From: Octopus bimaculoides
Lineage: Eukaryota
Length of the DNA: 39,292 bases
Assembly: GCF_001194135.2 (NCBI RefSeq)
Contig: NC_068981.1
Location: forward strand, 135,271,843 to 135,311,134
Reading direction: 5' to 3'
Shown piece by piece: positions 9,243 through 21,364 of this stretch (its first letter is position 1; the number at the start of each line of letters is the position of its first letter). The translations under genes and the position numbers were made by a program. The notes under the pieces were generated by a model. It worked only from the letters and a program-made list of their open reading frames with translations. It was not told the origin of the DNA and did no database searches.

Positions 9243-9757
9243 ATACATGTATAACATATTATGCTTTACATATGTAAAAATACCAGTAATTATTAAAATA
9301 TATAACGTAGAACATAGAAAGTAGAATAGTTTCTTACAGCCATTTCAGCCAATAGGTCATAGTATCCTACTTTACTTCTATCCCTTCAGTGAACTGAAGT
9401 ATTTGGTAGATAAGATTAAGGTACTTAGGTGTGCCTCTGGGCTTCATCAGAGAGTTTAGAAAGTTCATAAGGTTAAGTTATAAATATAAATACATACATA
9501 TACATACACTTTAACATATACATACATATACATAAATACATATCTATACATTTATATATATATGTATATGCATACAAAGGAATCAATTATTATTATTATT
9601 AAGTGTATTATATTATTCTTATTAGATAAAGTATAAACAGAGGAAAAATAAAATTATCAAAAGAGAAATAATAGTGGAATTTAAATAATCTATCTTAAGA
9701 TTATTGTTGTTTTGTAGGAATGAAAAGGTATATAAATGAGGAATACACACACACACA

Positions 9758-9814
<57 letters not shown>

Positions 9815-9834
9815 TTACGTACAAACACACTCAT

Positions 9835-10034
9835 AGGTACATACATATTTCATGTGTTGAGAAGGGAGGATTACTGTAGTAGATCGTATAAACATGCGAT
9901 ATGTTTTCTATTGAGGGCTTGAGATAAAGGTCCACAATAAGTGGGTTAGAGTTTATATTAATACCTGTGATATTAGTTGGTACTAAAATTAATAAATTTC
10001 CAGGTATTAAACAAGATACTTTATTATTTTCCAT
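9835..10034 (-). pseudogene. Possible degenerate Penelope-like RT C-terminal fragment
   Basis: ENNKVSCL...NPLIVDLYLKPS...YTIYYSNPP resembles the PLE consensus E.nnkl.FLD...l.t.lYrKPt...y..y.S.HP. Confidence 0.45.
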
Positions 10035-11307
10035 TACTTTTTGTTTATCAAGTTGCTGAAATCCTACGGGAAGTGGGGAGGGGGTTATGGTCAGTCCCGT
10101 AATCTAATTAGTCGTTTATTGTTTTGAAAGGCCATGGCTTTGTTATGGTTGGTTAATGGATAACCAATAACATAAACAACAACAACAAAGTAGGCAAAAA
10201 TATATAAATGTATACAAATAAAAAACAAATATATATGTATATATATTTATGTGTGTCTGTCTTTGTGTCTGTGTTTGTCCTTCCCACTGTCACTAGCGGT
10301 TCAGCAAAAGAGACCAATAGAATTTGTACTAGGCTTACAAAGAATAAGCCCTGAGGTTGATTTGTTTGACTAAAGGCAGTGCTCCAGCATGGCTTCAGTC
10401 AAATGACTGAAACATGTAAAAGAGTATGCAGGGAATAGCTCCAGAATTTTGTGGATCTTTTGCTTGAGACCATGGCACTTCCACATTCCTAGGTCTGCAG
10501 CCCATATTGGCACTAGATATCTTACCTCAACTTGCCTCTGGATCATGTTAATAGGGTAGAGAGGATCTATAGAGCACCATGTGTGCAAACCTTATAGGAC
10601 CTAAAATTTTGTACAGGCATCACTTGTCAGTGTTGGTCATATTTATCTATGAGTTAACATCCATTGTCATCATCATCATATATGACAGGCTTCTACACAA
10701 CTTTCATCTACCAAATCCACTCACAAGACATTGCTTGGCCTGGGGCTAAAGTAGAAAATACTTGCCCAAGGTGCCACACAATGAGACAGAACCCAAAATG
10801 AAATCATGTGGTTGCAGAGTGAACACAGCCATAATTTCCCTTTATATAGTGGTTTTTTTGCCTAGTTTTTCTGAGAATAATTGAAAATTATTCTCAGAAA
10901 AACTAAGACATACTATGCAAATAGTAACATTCTCTACTTATTTATGTCAACTGTGGACAAAATAATTACAAGTGCTAGCATTTATTTATTTATTTGTCTT
11001 AGTTTCTGCCAGCTGCTACTTATGAAGTTAAATAGTAATAGCTTCCTGGTATTTCTGGAAGTATACAGCTGAACACTTCATGACTATTTATTTATACATT
11101 TGTTTATTCTCTTGTTTCCTAATACATATAAAATTAACTTCTTTACCATCTTACATTTTACTTTCATTCTATTCCTATGGAATAAGTTATTACAGTATAA
11201 ATCTCCTAAATCATATTCAGCTATATTCATTTTTACGTTGTAAAATAGAAGAATTGACAACTACATATCTACCAATATATATATATATATCCTTTATCTT
11301 TTACTTG

Positions 11308-11645
11308 TGAAGGTGCATGGCTTAGTGGTTACAGCATTGGGTTCACAGTCATGAGGTAGTGAGTTCAATTCCTTGACTGGACTTTGTGTTGTGCTCTGTC
11401 TTAAGCAAGACACTTTATTTCATGTTGCTCCAGTTCACTCAGCTGCAGAAATGAGTTGTGATGTCACTTGTACCAAGCTGTATCAGCCTTTGCCTTTCTC
11501 TTAGTTAACATTGTGGCGTGGAGATGGGTGGCTGGTATGCATGGTCGACTGCTGGTCTTCCATAAACAAATTTGCCCAGACTTGTACTTTGGAGAGGAAC
11601 TTTCTGGGTACAATCTCTTTATTCATGACTGAAGAGGGTCTTACC
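11308..11645 (+). mobile_element. tRNA-derived SINE, family C-like head
   Basis: tgaaggtgcatggcttagtggtta A-box; gagttcaattcc B-box; ttaagcaagacacttt core. Confidence 0.75.
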
Positions 11646-11839
11646 CTTTTACTTGTTTCAATCATTGAAACAATGCTGGGGTACCCCTCAAAGGGTTTAG
11701 CTGAACAAATCATTACCAGTTTTTTTTTTAAAGTCTGGTACTTATTCTGTCTGTTTTACTGAACCTACTGCTAAGTTATGAGGACATAGACAAACCAATA
11801 TCGGTTGTTAAACAGTGGTGGGGGACAAACACACACAAA

Positions 11840-11851
11840 TTATATATATAC

Positions 11852-11933
<82 letters not shown>
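11840..11933. repeat. Compound (AT)n(GT)n microsatellite inside a minus-strand SINE
   Basis: Direct reading; flanked by SINE tail (11645-11835) and head (11950-12012) pieces. Confidence 0.95.
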
Positions 11934-11934
<1 letters not shown>

Positions 11935-12369
11935 TTAGATGCTATAGAGTGGGATGGAACCTGGAACCATGTGGTTGGGAAGCAAACTTCTTACCACGCA
12001 GTCATGCCTGCATCTAAAAACATGGAATACTTCATGAATTTGTATGTCATTCTTGCGCAAGCATCATGCTAATCTTTTCTGTATCGTTCCAATTTCAGAA
12101 GATGCACTGTTGAAGCTATATATAACCTCCTTTTCTCTTTAAATATATCTACCATGAAAGGAACAAAAATGCCTCAAACATAACTGACAGGAGAAAATGG
12201 GAATTGATTTCCTTGTGTGAAACATAATGAAATCATCTTGAAATTCACACTGTTAACAGATAGATTCAGTGTGTGGTATTTAAATATATTCGTCAAAGAA
12301 ATTAAAAATTACAATTCATTTTAAGATTCTGGTGTATTTTCAACCCCCCAAATGCACTCTCCAATGTGT

Positions 12370-13130
12370 GTGTGTGCAAAGTTCGGAGAGCTCTTACCTC
12401 TGCTAGTGACAAAGGGTAAACGCTCAGAGTAAACGGTAGACTGTATGATGTATGTGTGAACAGCCATGCTACATGGCAGTGAAACATGGGCTGTGACTGC
12501 TGAGGATATGCGTAAGCTTGCAAGGAATGAAGCTAGTATGTTCCACCAGATGTGTAATGTCAGTGTGCATACACGGCAGAGTGTAAGTGCCTTGAGAGAA
12601 AAGTTGAACTTAAGAAGCATCAGATGTGGTGTGCAAGAGAGGCGACTGTGCTGGTATGGTCATGTGTTGTGTATGGATGTGGATAGCTGTGTGAAAAAGT
12701 AGCAGTAGAGGGAACTTGTGGAAGAGGTAGACCTGGGATGAGGTGGTGAAGTATGACCTTCGAAAGTTGGGCCTCATGGAGGTGATGACATGTGACTGAC
12801 ACCTTTGGAGATATGCTGTGCTTGAGAAGACCTGGCAAGCCAAGTGAGACCATAACCATAACCTATGCCATTGCAGTATAACCGGCCTATTTAAGAGTAC
12901 CCTTCAATCATTGGGCAATAAATTGCACTTGCGATGACCTGTTGAGTCAAGTGAAGTCATTGCTATGACCGATAACAACACCGCTTGATTGGCACCTGTG
13001 CCGGTGGCACGTAAAAAGCACCATATGAGCGTGGTCGATGCCAGTGCCGCCTGACTGGTCCCATGCCGGTGGCACATAAAAAGCACCATTCAAGCATGGT
13101 CAATGCCAGTACTGTCTGATTGGCCCTTGT
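12370..13130 (+). pseudogene. RTE-clade LINE 3' fragment (C-terminal ORF and 3' UTR with ~65-bp tandem repeat)
   Basis: KFGELLPLLVTKG...RLYDVCV...MLHGSETWAVTAEDMRKLARNEASM...LREKLNLRSIRCGVQERRLCWYGHVL, matching the RTE signatures LYGSETW and RRLRWYGHV. Tandem ggtggcac(a/g)taaaaagcacc units at 12985-13130. Confidence 0.93.
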
Positions 13131-13400
13131 ACACTGGTATGTTCTTTCTGCTATATGCCCAAGTTAATCAAAGCTTTCATCTTATCAATTTATGGATAGT
13201 ATACTGAGGGCACAGCTTCTTCATCAACCCTTTTCTGTTACAGCTGGTTCCTTAGCATTTAATGTCCATAATCCAACCTGCAAATTAATAACTCCTTTTC
13301 TGTTTAGGTGTTGTTCCACAGCCTTTGGAATTGCAGATTTCTCCTGTAAGCCAGCAGGCATTATCTGACCATGGCTGGTTATTGGCTGATGCTAAATCCA

Positions 13401-14255
13401 GGGCCCTGTATTGAATCCAAGTGAATTAGTAAAGCAGTTTACTCTTCAACCTTTGCAGGTGTTGTTATTCCATATCAGAACAAACCTGGAAGTAATCTCA
13501 GTTAAGAGGTTGAACCCATTCTTTTCAACATCTAGGGTTTCCTAACTTACGAGCCTGGCACCAGATGACTCAAGCCATACCCAAGACAATAATTAATTCA
13601 CATAAACATGAATCCTCAGATTAATAAGGAAAGAGGGCTGCACTAGCACTAAGCTGAACCAACTGGAGCAACATAAAATGAAGTGTTCTGCTCAAGGACA
13701 CAACTTGCTGCCTGATGTAAGAATCAAACCCATGGTCTTATGAACAGGTGACCGACATCCTAATACTTAAGCCTGAAGTGCAAAACAGCATTTTAAGTTA
13801 CCTACCAGTAAATTTGTAAAATTAGTAATTCAGATAACACCTAACAACAATTACAACAATTACACCTAACAACAATTACTTATACAATTGGCATTCTCCC
13901 TTGATACTAAAAAGATTCTCCACTTCTGTTCTACACTGTTTTATTTTCCTGATGGTATTAGCAATGTGAAAGAGATAAAACTATTTTAATTGGGAAAGAA
14001 AACTAAAGAACAAAACCAGTTCACCAGTAGGCTACTGCCCAAGTGAGGACCCTGTATTAAGTCCAAGTGAATTAACAGTGCAGTTTATTCTACAACCCTT
14101 GCTGGAGTTCTTGGTCAGAAGAAACCTGGGAGTTGTGTCAGTTAAGCTGTAATTCCATTCTTCTCAATATCTTAGGTTTCCTAACCTTAGCTACTGGTAA
14201 TGGATGCAGTTTAAAGTCATACCTCAGGACACTAATTAATTTGCATAAACATGAA
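13401..14255. repeat. Pair of diverged ~210-bp direct repeats (13401-13612, 14047-14255)
   Basis: Shared ccctgtatt..tccaagtgaatta, aaacctgg, tcagttaag, ggtttcctaac, taatt.acataaacatgaa. Confidence 0.75.
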
Positions 14256-14738
14256 GCTTTAGATCATGTACTCAATATTATGTTTCCCATATGGCAGTAT
14301 ATCTATTTTCTGAATCCATATACCAAAATGTTTGGCTAAAAGATTGTGGGTTCACCATTCTGTTGTCTCAAACAAACCACTCAACTCATCTACTGGTTAA
14401 GCAACAGACACTGATCATGGAAATGAAAGATTGTTCTTAAATCTATTTCTTGATCATTGGCTTATGATGTGTATTTCTATGCTGGTATAGCTTGGACACC
14501 CCTACAATAGCTCTCCTTGAATATCAGTCCTGTATCTGACCCAATGAGGAAGCCTCTACAACAGGGGTTAACAACCTGGGATATGAGATGACATTTTAGT
14601 GGGTGCATCAAAGAGGGAAAGTATATACTTTATTAAAATAACTTTCCAGAATAAAATTATTAACTTATTCTGAAAAATATTTTTCCTCAATTGAATACAC
14701 CAAGAACATTTGGGGGTTTAATATTACAGACATAGATA

Positions 14739-14958
14739 AGGTGGTGAGGTGGCAGAATTGTTAGCATGCCTGGCAAAATGCTTAGCAGCATTTCATCCAT
14801 CTTTACGTTCTGAGTTCAAATTCTGCCATGGTTGACTTTACCTTTTATCCTTTCAGGGTCAATAAAATAAGTACCACTTGAGCACTGGGGTCAATATAAT
14901 CGACTTACACTTCTTCCCTGAATTTGCTGGCCATGTATTGAAACTTGAAACCAATATT
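14739..14958 (+). mobile_element. SINE family B with 11-bp flanking direct repeat
   Basis: aggtggtgaggtggcagaattgttagc...ttctgagttcaaattctgcc...gtcaataaaataagtacc...gaaaccaatatt; aatattacaga at 14720-14730 and 14953-14963. Confidence 0.88.
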
Positions 14959-15741
14959 ACAGATGTAAATTAGTTATTAAAAATTGTCTTCTTCAAATGT
15001 GATATTATTTCTGAAGGGTATGCAAAAATTAATCATTTCCTTGGAGGCAGGGCATAGAAAAGGTTAGGAATTACTATGTTATATGGCCAGTAAACCATCT
15101 AGAAATAACAGCCAAATCACATCCTGCCATCCTGAAAAAAAAAGCATGCAATGTAGTTCATCATATACAAAATATGATGGTCATGGCTGGAAGCATGACC
15201 ATCACATTTGGCAAATCTTCCTCAAATCTCAAAAATAAAGGACACATTAGGCAATGTAGTCCACCATATACAAATTGGGATGGTCATATCTGGAATACTT
15301 TTGGTTATAGTTGTGCATAATTAGTTTCTAAGCAGCAACAACAACCATTTACCATTTCTCCCATTAAAACCAACATTCTCATTTCTATTCCGTCTACTTC
15401 TTCACATCCCTTCTTTTATTGATTTATGGGAGAATTTTCCCCTATTCCACCCCACTCCAGCATGAATCATACATTCTCATAACATGTCTGAACCTAATGA
15501 AATCATTTCGCTTGTAATCTACTAAAGCCTTAGATACCAAGTCACTTTTACAATTATTTGCACTCAGCCATTTTCATGAGCGAACATATCTAATGTGATT
15601 AGAACTATTACATCACATATCTTGGATGATAGAGATGGGTGGAGGATCAGGGTCTCATACAAATTCAAGCAAGCTCAATACAATTATAATGATTAACCTC
15701 ATCTTCAGAGATGAAATATTTTTTTTTAATATTTACATCCA

Positions 15742-16132
15742 CAAGGGTGTTGGATTAGCAGAATTGCTAGAGTGTCAAACAAAATGCCTTTTGGCATTTA
15801 GTAATGGTACTTTACATTCTGAGTTCAAACTGTGCCAAATTCACATTTGCCTTCTACTCTTCTGAGAAGGTGGGGTGAAATAAAATAAAGCACTAGTAAT
15901 GTCCAAGGTTCGCTAAAATTGATAATATTCCTCTCCTAAATTTCAGCCATGTACCTGTGTGACTAATCAATATTTACATCTACTTTCCACTATGGTTGAC
16001 ATCGCCTTTCTTCCTTCTGAGATTGATAAAATAAAATAAGTACCAGTTGTGTCCTAGGGTTGAAGTAATTGACTTACTCCGCCCCAAAATTGCTGGCCTT
16101 GTGCCAAAATTTGAAATTAACATTTACATCTA
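15742..16132 (+). mobile_element. One degenerate and one partial SINE B in tandem
   Basis: Two copies of the ctttcattc/ccttctgag...gataaaataa...tacc module; aa(t/c)atttacatc at 15728, 15969 and 16119. Confidence 0.75.
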
Positions 16133-16689
16133 CAATATGATGATGATGATAATGATGATGATGAATATATATATATATATAAACAACAGAACACTAAAAA
16201 TGTAATTAGATAAACATTAAAAAATCCTGCATAGTAATGGCTAGAATTCCTTATGAACACTAGCTAGCATAATTCTAGCATGGTAGGGGAGAACAACTGC
16301 TCGGATGGGGTAGAGAGCAAAGGTCATATTGATAAAGATTCTACTAATGTATAGATCAAAATTTTTATTTGGCTTATTTTACTGCTAACACACAGAGTTG
16401 TAAAATTAAAATCCAGTTTTATAGCTAGAGTTAGTCAAAAGAATCACCCAATTAGCTAAAAATATAGCGATATGATAATATAAAAATAGATTAAAATATA
16501 AGATACTTTTTAAAAGAAAATAATAATGTTTTCACGAAAAGGGCTGTCAAAACTTGTTCAGATTATTTATTTTATGACTTATTTGATAATGCTATTTTAT
16601 TTTAATGACTAGAGTAGATTGAACTAACAAATATTTTGGCATTTCTAGACCTATTTCTGTATTTGTATTAATATAAACAGCAAAGGTTT

Positions 16690-17000
16690 GCAGCCAAATG
16701 ATAAAGGTATTTGGCTTGTGATCATAAGGTTGTGATTTCGATACCCTGAAGTGAATTGTGTCCCTGGGCAAGATATTTTATTTCACAATATTCTAGTTAA
16801 CTCAACTAGCAAAATTGAGTTGTATTTTAAAGGGCCAGCCATGTTCCATTCTGTGACATGCTGAATCTCCCCAAGAACTATGTTATGGGTATATGTGTTT
16901 GTAGAATACTCAGCCACTTGCACATTAATTTCATGAGCAGGCTGTTCTGTTGGTCAGATCAATTGGAATCCTCATCATAGTAGTTGATGGAGCACTAGTT
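16690..17000 (+). mobile_element. Degenerate SINE family C
   Basis: Tail aagggccagcc...ctcagccacttgcacattaatttcatgagcaggctgttc matches the reverse complement of 31946-32120. Confidence 0.75.
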
Positions 17001-18134
17001 TTTTATTAATAAATGTTGACTTTGTTCCTTTAATTAGAGAAATTTTGTCAGGCTGTTTTTAATGAACAACATCTATCATATTATTAAATCAAGCTTTATA
17101 AATTAAATAACACAAATTTCAGTTCCATTTTATTTTTTAACTTTGATTAATATTATTTCTGTTACTAAAGATTCTTTGGTATTGTAACAAGGAACTACCG
17201 ATGTTGAAATAGTATAGTCTGTAAAGAATTTAAAGGGATTATACCCAGAAACATCTTTATATTGAGAATTTCTACTCCCCCAAAAGTTAGTAACTGTTTT
17301 ATTGACCTTGCTCAACAAATGAAGGTTCATATATATATAATGATGGATTACCAAAACGAGAAACCTCTCTGATGAAGATATATTTTTTGTCCTGATGTGG
17401 ATTTATTCTTACATTATTTTGGATTCCTTTTTCTTTTAGACTTGACGATGGATGTTATCCTAGATTCACTTTACATTTAACAGTGTAACTATATTATTTT
17501 TAATCACCTCACTATGGACATTCATATTTTCTTCATATATTTTTATCTTCATATGCTTTTTTACAGGTTTTCACACTTTTTATTTTATATGTGCATATAT
17601 ATATGTATATTTTTATACTTTTGGGCTTTGTGTGCTAAACACCTCGGTATTTCAGTATGTATTTATATTCTACAGTGTGAATATATGGGGATTATTTTGA
17701 AGTTGTTTGACCAATTATGTTGTTTATTTTTTGACCACTAAGTTTGTCTTTTGTCTCAGATTTTACTTGAGCACTTCCCTTTGTAGCCTTGTACTTAATT
17801 TACTTTTCGATTCCTATAAGGAAAAATGGAATTTAAAATGATATATTTTGTGACATATATATATATGTGTGTGTGCTATCTGTATTAAGGGTGAATGATA
17901 AAACTATTTGCGTGTCTCTGATATAAGAAATTTTAAACTGAATAGAGGACATTCTGCAGAAGCCTGAGACACATTTAACTGAAGTAACATGCACATCTAA
18001 TTAAAATAAGTGAAGGAAAACAGATGTAAAATGATGATATCAAATTTTAAAGATTTCACCATCCCATTAGCATCAGAATTATGTAATTCTACTAGACCAA
18101 GATATGTAAGGACATGACTAATATGAGTCATATT

Positions 18135-20231
18135 CAAAGGCGGGCACTATTAATCAAAAAGTTTACTTCATTAACCGTTAATCAAAAAGTTAACTTCGAT
18201 AAGTGTTAATCAATTTTTTAAAAACGTAACAGAAATTACTGATAAACTGTTAACATTAATTTTTATTATAGAAAAAAAAAGAAAAAAATCAGTTTTTGCT
18301 CTAAAAACACCTTTAAAAAGTGCCAAAACTATAAAATCAGCCTTTTTGGGCCTTTTTAAGGGCTTTAGAACCCAAAAACTATAGTTTTTTTTGTTTTTGT
18401 TTTAGAGTTAAGAAATGCTGATTTTATAGTTCTAACTTTTAAAAGGCCTAAAATAAGCTGATTTCATGGTTTTAGCCCCTTTTTTTTAAGGGTTTTAAAG
18501 GCTTTTAGAGCCAGAAAAGGGTAAAACGAAAAACACAAATGTAACACAATATAAGTAGTGAACTAAAAAGGTTTATTGATAAAGTGGCTGTAAAAAAAAA
18601 AAAAAAAAAAATTAAAAACATGATATATACGTAATTTAATTTTTCCTCTTCTTCTCATTCTCCATTTTGTTCATGAGATGCATGTTGCCCTCCATGAAAA
18701 TTAGCATGTCAAAGTTTTCATCAGACAGGAACGATCTCTTGACTCTCAAGATGTCCTTGCCCATAGAAAACAAATGCTCCACTGCAGCACTGAAGTTGGA
18801 TGGCTGTGTTGAACTTGATGAACAAGTCCACCAACTCCTGTTGCTCTCTTTTGGCTGGGTGACACCACTGAAGAAGTCATCCTCCTCCTCTTCATTGTTA
18901 CTGCCTCCACTGTTGTTGCTCACTTCATCAGACTGCTGCCTCATGGCCTCCTTGACCTTACTCTCCATGCTTTTTCTCACTTTGGCAACCTTGGTGTTGT
19001 CATACTTATTCAACCAGATGATGCAAAACCTGGGGTGGAAGGCAGCAACCAGCTAGTATTCCTCATCCTCCAGGAGGATCCTAAATCTTTTGTTGATGCC
19101 TGCCAAAAGTGCATCAACCAATGCTGCAGTAGGATCAACCAAGGCTAGAGTAGGATCTTGTCAAGCACTTTGGCCACAGGTGACGTGACCTGAAAATAAA
19201 ATAATGGAGAATTAGCAAATTTGTAGGGAAACAGACTAGTAAAAAATATACTGTCAAATCAAATATCAATATTAATTTTATAATTTAGTATCTATAATAT
19301 TATTTTAGCATTATATTAATAATTACTATATAATATAATATATGTTTTGAAGGATTTATAATATGATATGTGTCTAGAAGCTGAAGTTCTTCAAGGTGTT
19401 CTGAATATTACATGCTGGTTCTACCAATAGCTTGTGCACTAGTGATTGCTGCAGCCACTAAAATATAATATTATATATAATATATATATTATAATAATAT
19501 AATACAATATTATTTTATTATTAATTTATTACCTTGGTGTACTCCTTCATTAAGTTGACATCCTGGTTATTGAAGCTGTTGACCTTCAACTGGGTCCTGA
19601 CTCTGTGGAGAACAGGCTTCTTAGTTTCCAGGATGGTGTTGAGGAGCACCACAGAGTCATAGGTGGAGTTACATCACGTCATGTTGGGAACAACCAGCCT
19701 CCTCCCCACCTCAGCACAGATGCTGTCTGCTGCCACAGTGCTGTGATCTTGCTGGTTCCAGAGGGCACGTGCCTTGGCCATGGCAACCCTGTAGAGCTTC
19801 TTGAACACTGCACTCTTTTTACCCTTTTTTGGCTCTTTGAAAACTTGAAAAAAGGGCCAAAACTAGGAAATCAGCCTTTTTAGGTCTTTTAAAAGTTAAA
19901 ACTATAAAATCAGCATTTTTTAACTCTAAAGCAAAGAAAAAACCCCGAAAGACTATAGTTTTTGGATTCTAAAGCCCTTAAAAATACTAAAAAGTCTGAT
20001 TTTTGTAGTTTGGGCACTTTCCAAAGGTGTTTTTAGGTGGTTTTAGAGCAAAGACGGATTTTTTTTTCTATAATAAAAATTAATGCTAATGGTTTATTGA
20101 TAACTTCCGTTACATTTTTAAAAAATGAACTGATTAACAGAAGTTAATTAGTCTGATAATGATTTCCAAAGTTAACTTAAAAGTTAAATCATTAACTAAA
20201 ATGTTAACTTTGTTTATTAAGGATTAATGGT
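18135..20231 (-). mobile_element. Internally deleted hAT element with ~370-bp inverted ends
   Basis: 18140-18512 aligns with the reverse complement of 19831-20231 (about 80-85% by eye). Repeated gttaac/ttaat motifs at the outer ends. hAT transposase remnant inside. Confidence 0.85.
18636..19817 (-). pseudogene. hAT transposase C-terminal pseudogene in two exons (19817-19533, 19189-18636)
   Basis: Exon 1: KLYRVAMAKARALWNQQ...LVVPNMT*CNSTYDSV (TRWNS-like)...EYTK. Exon 2: VTSPVAKVLDK...LVDALLAGINKRF...AAFHPRF...SAAVEHLFSMGKDILRVKRSFLSDENFDMLIFM (hAT dimerisation domain). GT at 19532-19531, tttattttcAG at 19191-19190, phase 0. Confidence 0.9.
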
Positions 20232-20885
20232 TTGGTCATATTAAAATATATTATAGCCATCCCAAACACTTTCACAATAGATATTTGACTCCTCCTGAAC
20301 AAAAAAATATTATCTCTTATGGCACTAATCAAGATATCTTCAGTATGACCTCTGATTACATTTTTTGTAATCACTTCTGAATTCTTAATATGGAAGCCAT
20401 GATTTTACTATCATTAATGCTATTTTTAGGCAAATCAATTAAATGACCACAATTCATCATTGTGCAACATCAGCTGATAAACACTACAATGCTTTCTTCT
20501 AGCCAAGTACTTGTGTTGTATTTAGGTTTCATATATTGAAGCAATGATACTGTCTTCGGAGAACTGGCAACCATGTGCTCTTTCTGATTTCATCTATCCT
20601 TACTTTACTGCCACTTATTACCTTTTCCTTACTGAGCCATTTCTATGTCTTATCAACTTTCCCCCAAACTCATATTTATCATCAACTACATCTCTCCTTT
20701 TGTTCATCACTCACTATATTCATCTCTAACCATCTATTACTCTCTTATCATACTCTTGTGAACTTATCCACCCACTTTTCCCAATCTTCTGTCTCTACTA
20801 TTCACCTGATACTTTGAGGTAGCCTTGATATCTTGTTGCCACTATCTTTAGCTCTCTTTCCAGTTACTCCCACTGACCCTTATAT

Positions 20886-21113
20886 AATGATTTCAATTTT
20901 TGGCACAAGGCCAGAAATTTTTTTTTTTTTTTGTTGAGGGAGGATAAGTCAATTACATCAAACCCAGCATTTAACTGGTACTTATTTTATCGACCCTGAA
21001 AGGATGAAAGGCAAAGCTGACTTTGGTGGCATTTGAACTCAAATTGTAAGGACAGACAAAATTCCACTAAGCATTTTGCCTGGCACACTAACAGTTACAC
21101 TAGCTTTCCACCT
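20886..21113 (-). mobile_element. SINE family B
   Basis: ggtacttattttatcgaccctgaaaggatgaaaggcaaag...tttgaactc...ctaagcattttgcctggc. Confidence 0.85.
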
Positions 21114-21364
21114 TTGCTCACCCTTATATAATTCAGGGTAGTCATGTATCTCCTCCATAACAAGGAACCTGTTCCTGTACTATACTCTAGCCTCTCAATA
21201 CTTGGCATAAAGCCTCCTCCCTTTCTACTACACTCCCACTCAGTCAATGAGGGCTTTTTGGTCTTGTAAGTTACAAAGTGATTTTCAGTAGTGGTGATAC
21301 TATAGAAAAAAACACCCAATACATTCTGTAAAGTTGTGGGCATTAGAAAAGGATTTCCAGGATG

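Noticed and set aside
8571-9324. Long ORFs spanning the first N run (same for 25865-26677 and 35567-36787)
   Set aside because: Artefacts of translating N as X; there is no real sequence.
11805-12072. ORFs with YIYIYI / CVCVCV runs (also 1204-1617, 9622-9846, 30849-31121)
   Set aside because: Translations of (AT)n and (GT)n microsatellites inside SINEs.
14562-15079. Possible hAT MITE enclosing the SINE at 14739
   Set aside because: Putative TIRs match each other poorly and no 8-bp TSD is visible.
17100-17830. Possible Penelope GIY-YIG remnant or terminus
   Set aside because: Only weak resemblance; the CTGATGA here is not followed by stem II and GAAA in hammerhead order. Not listed as a feature.
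18667-19056. Plus-strand 129-aa Ser/Leu-rich ORF
   Set aside because: Antisense to the hAT dimerisation-domain exon.
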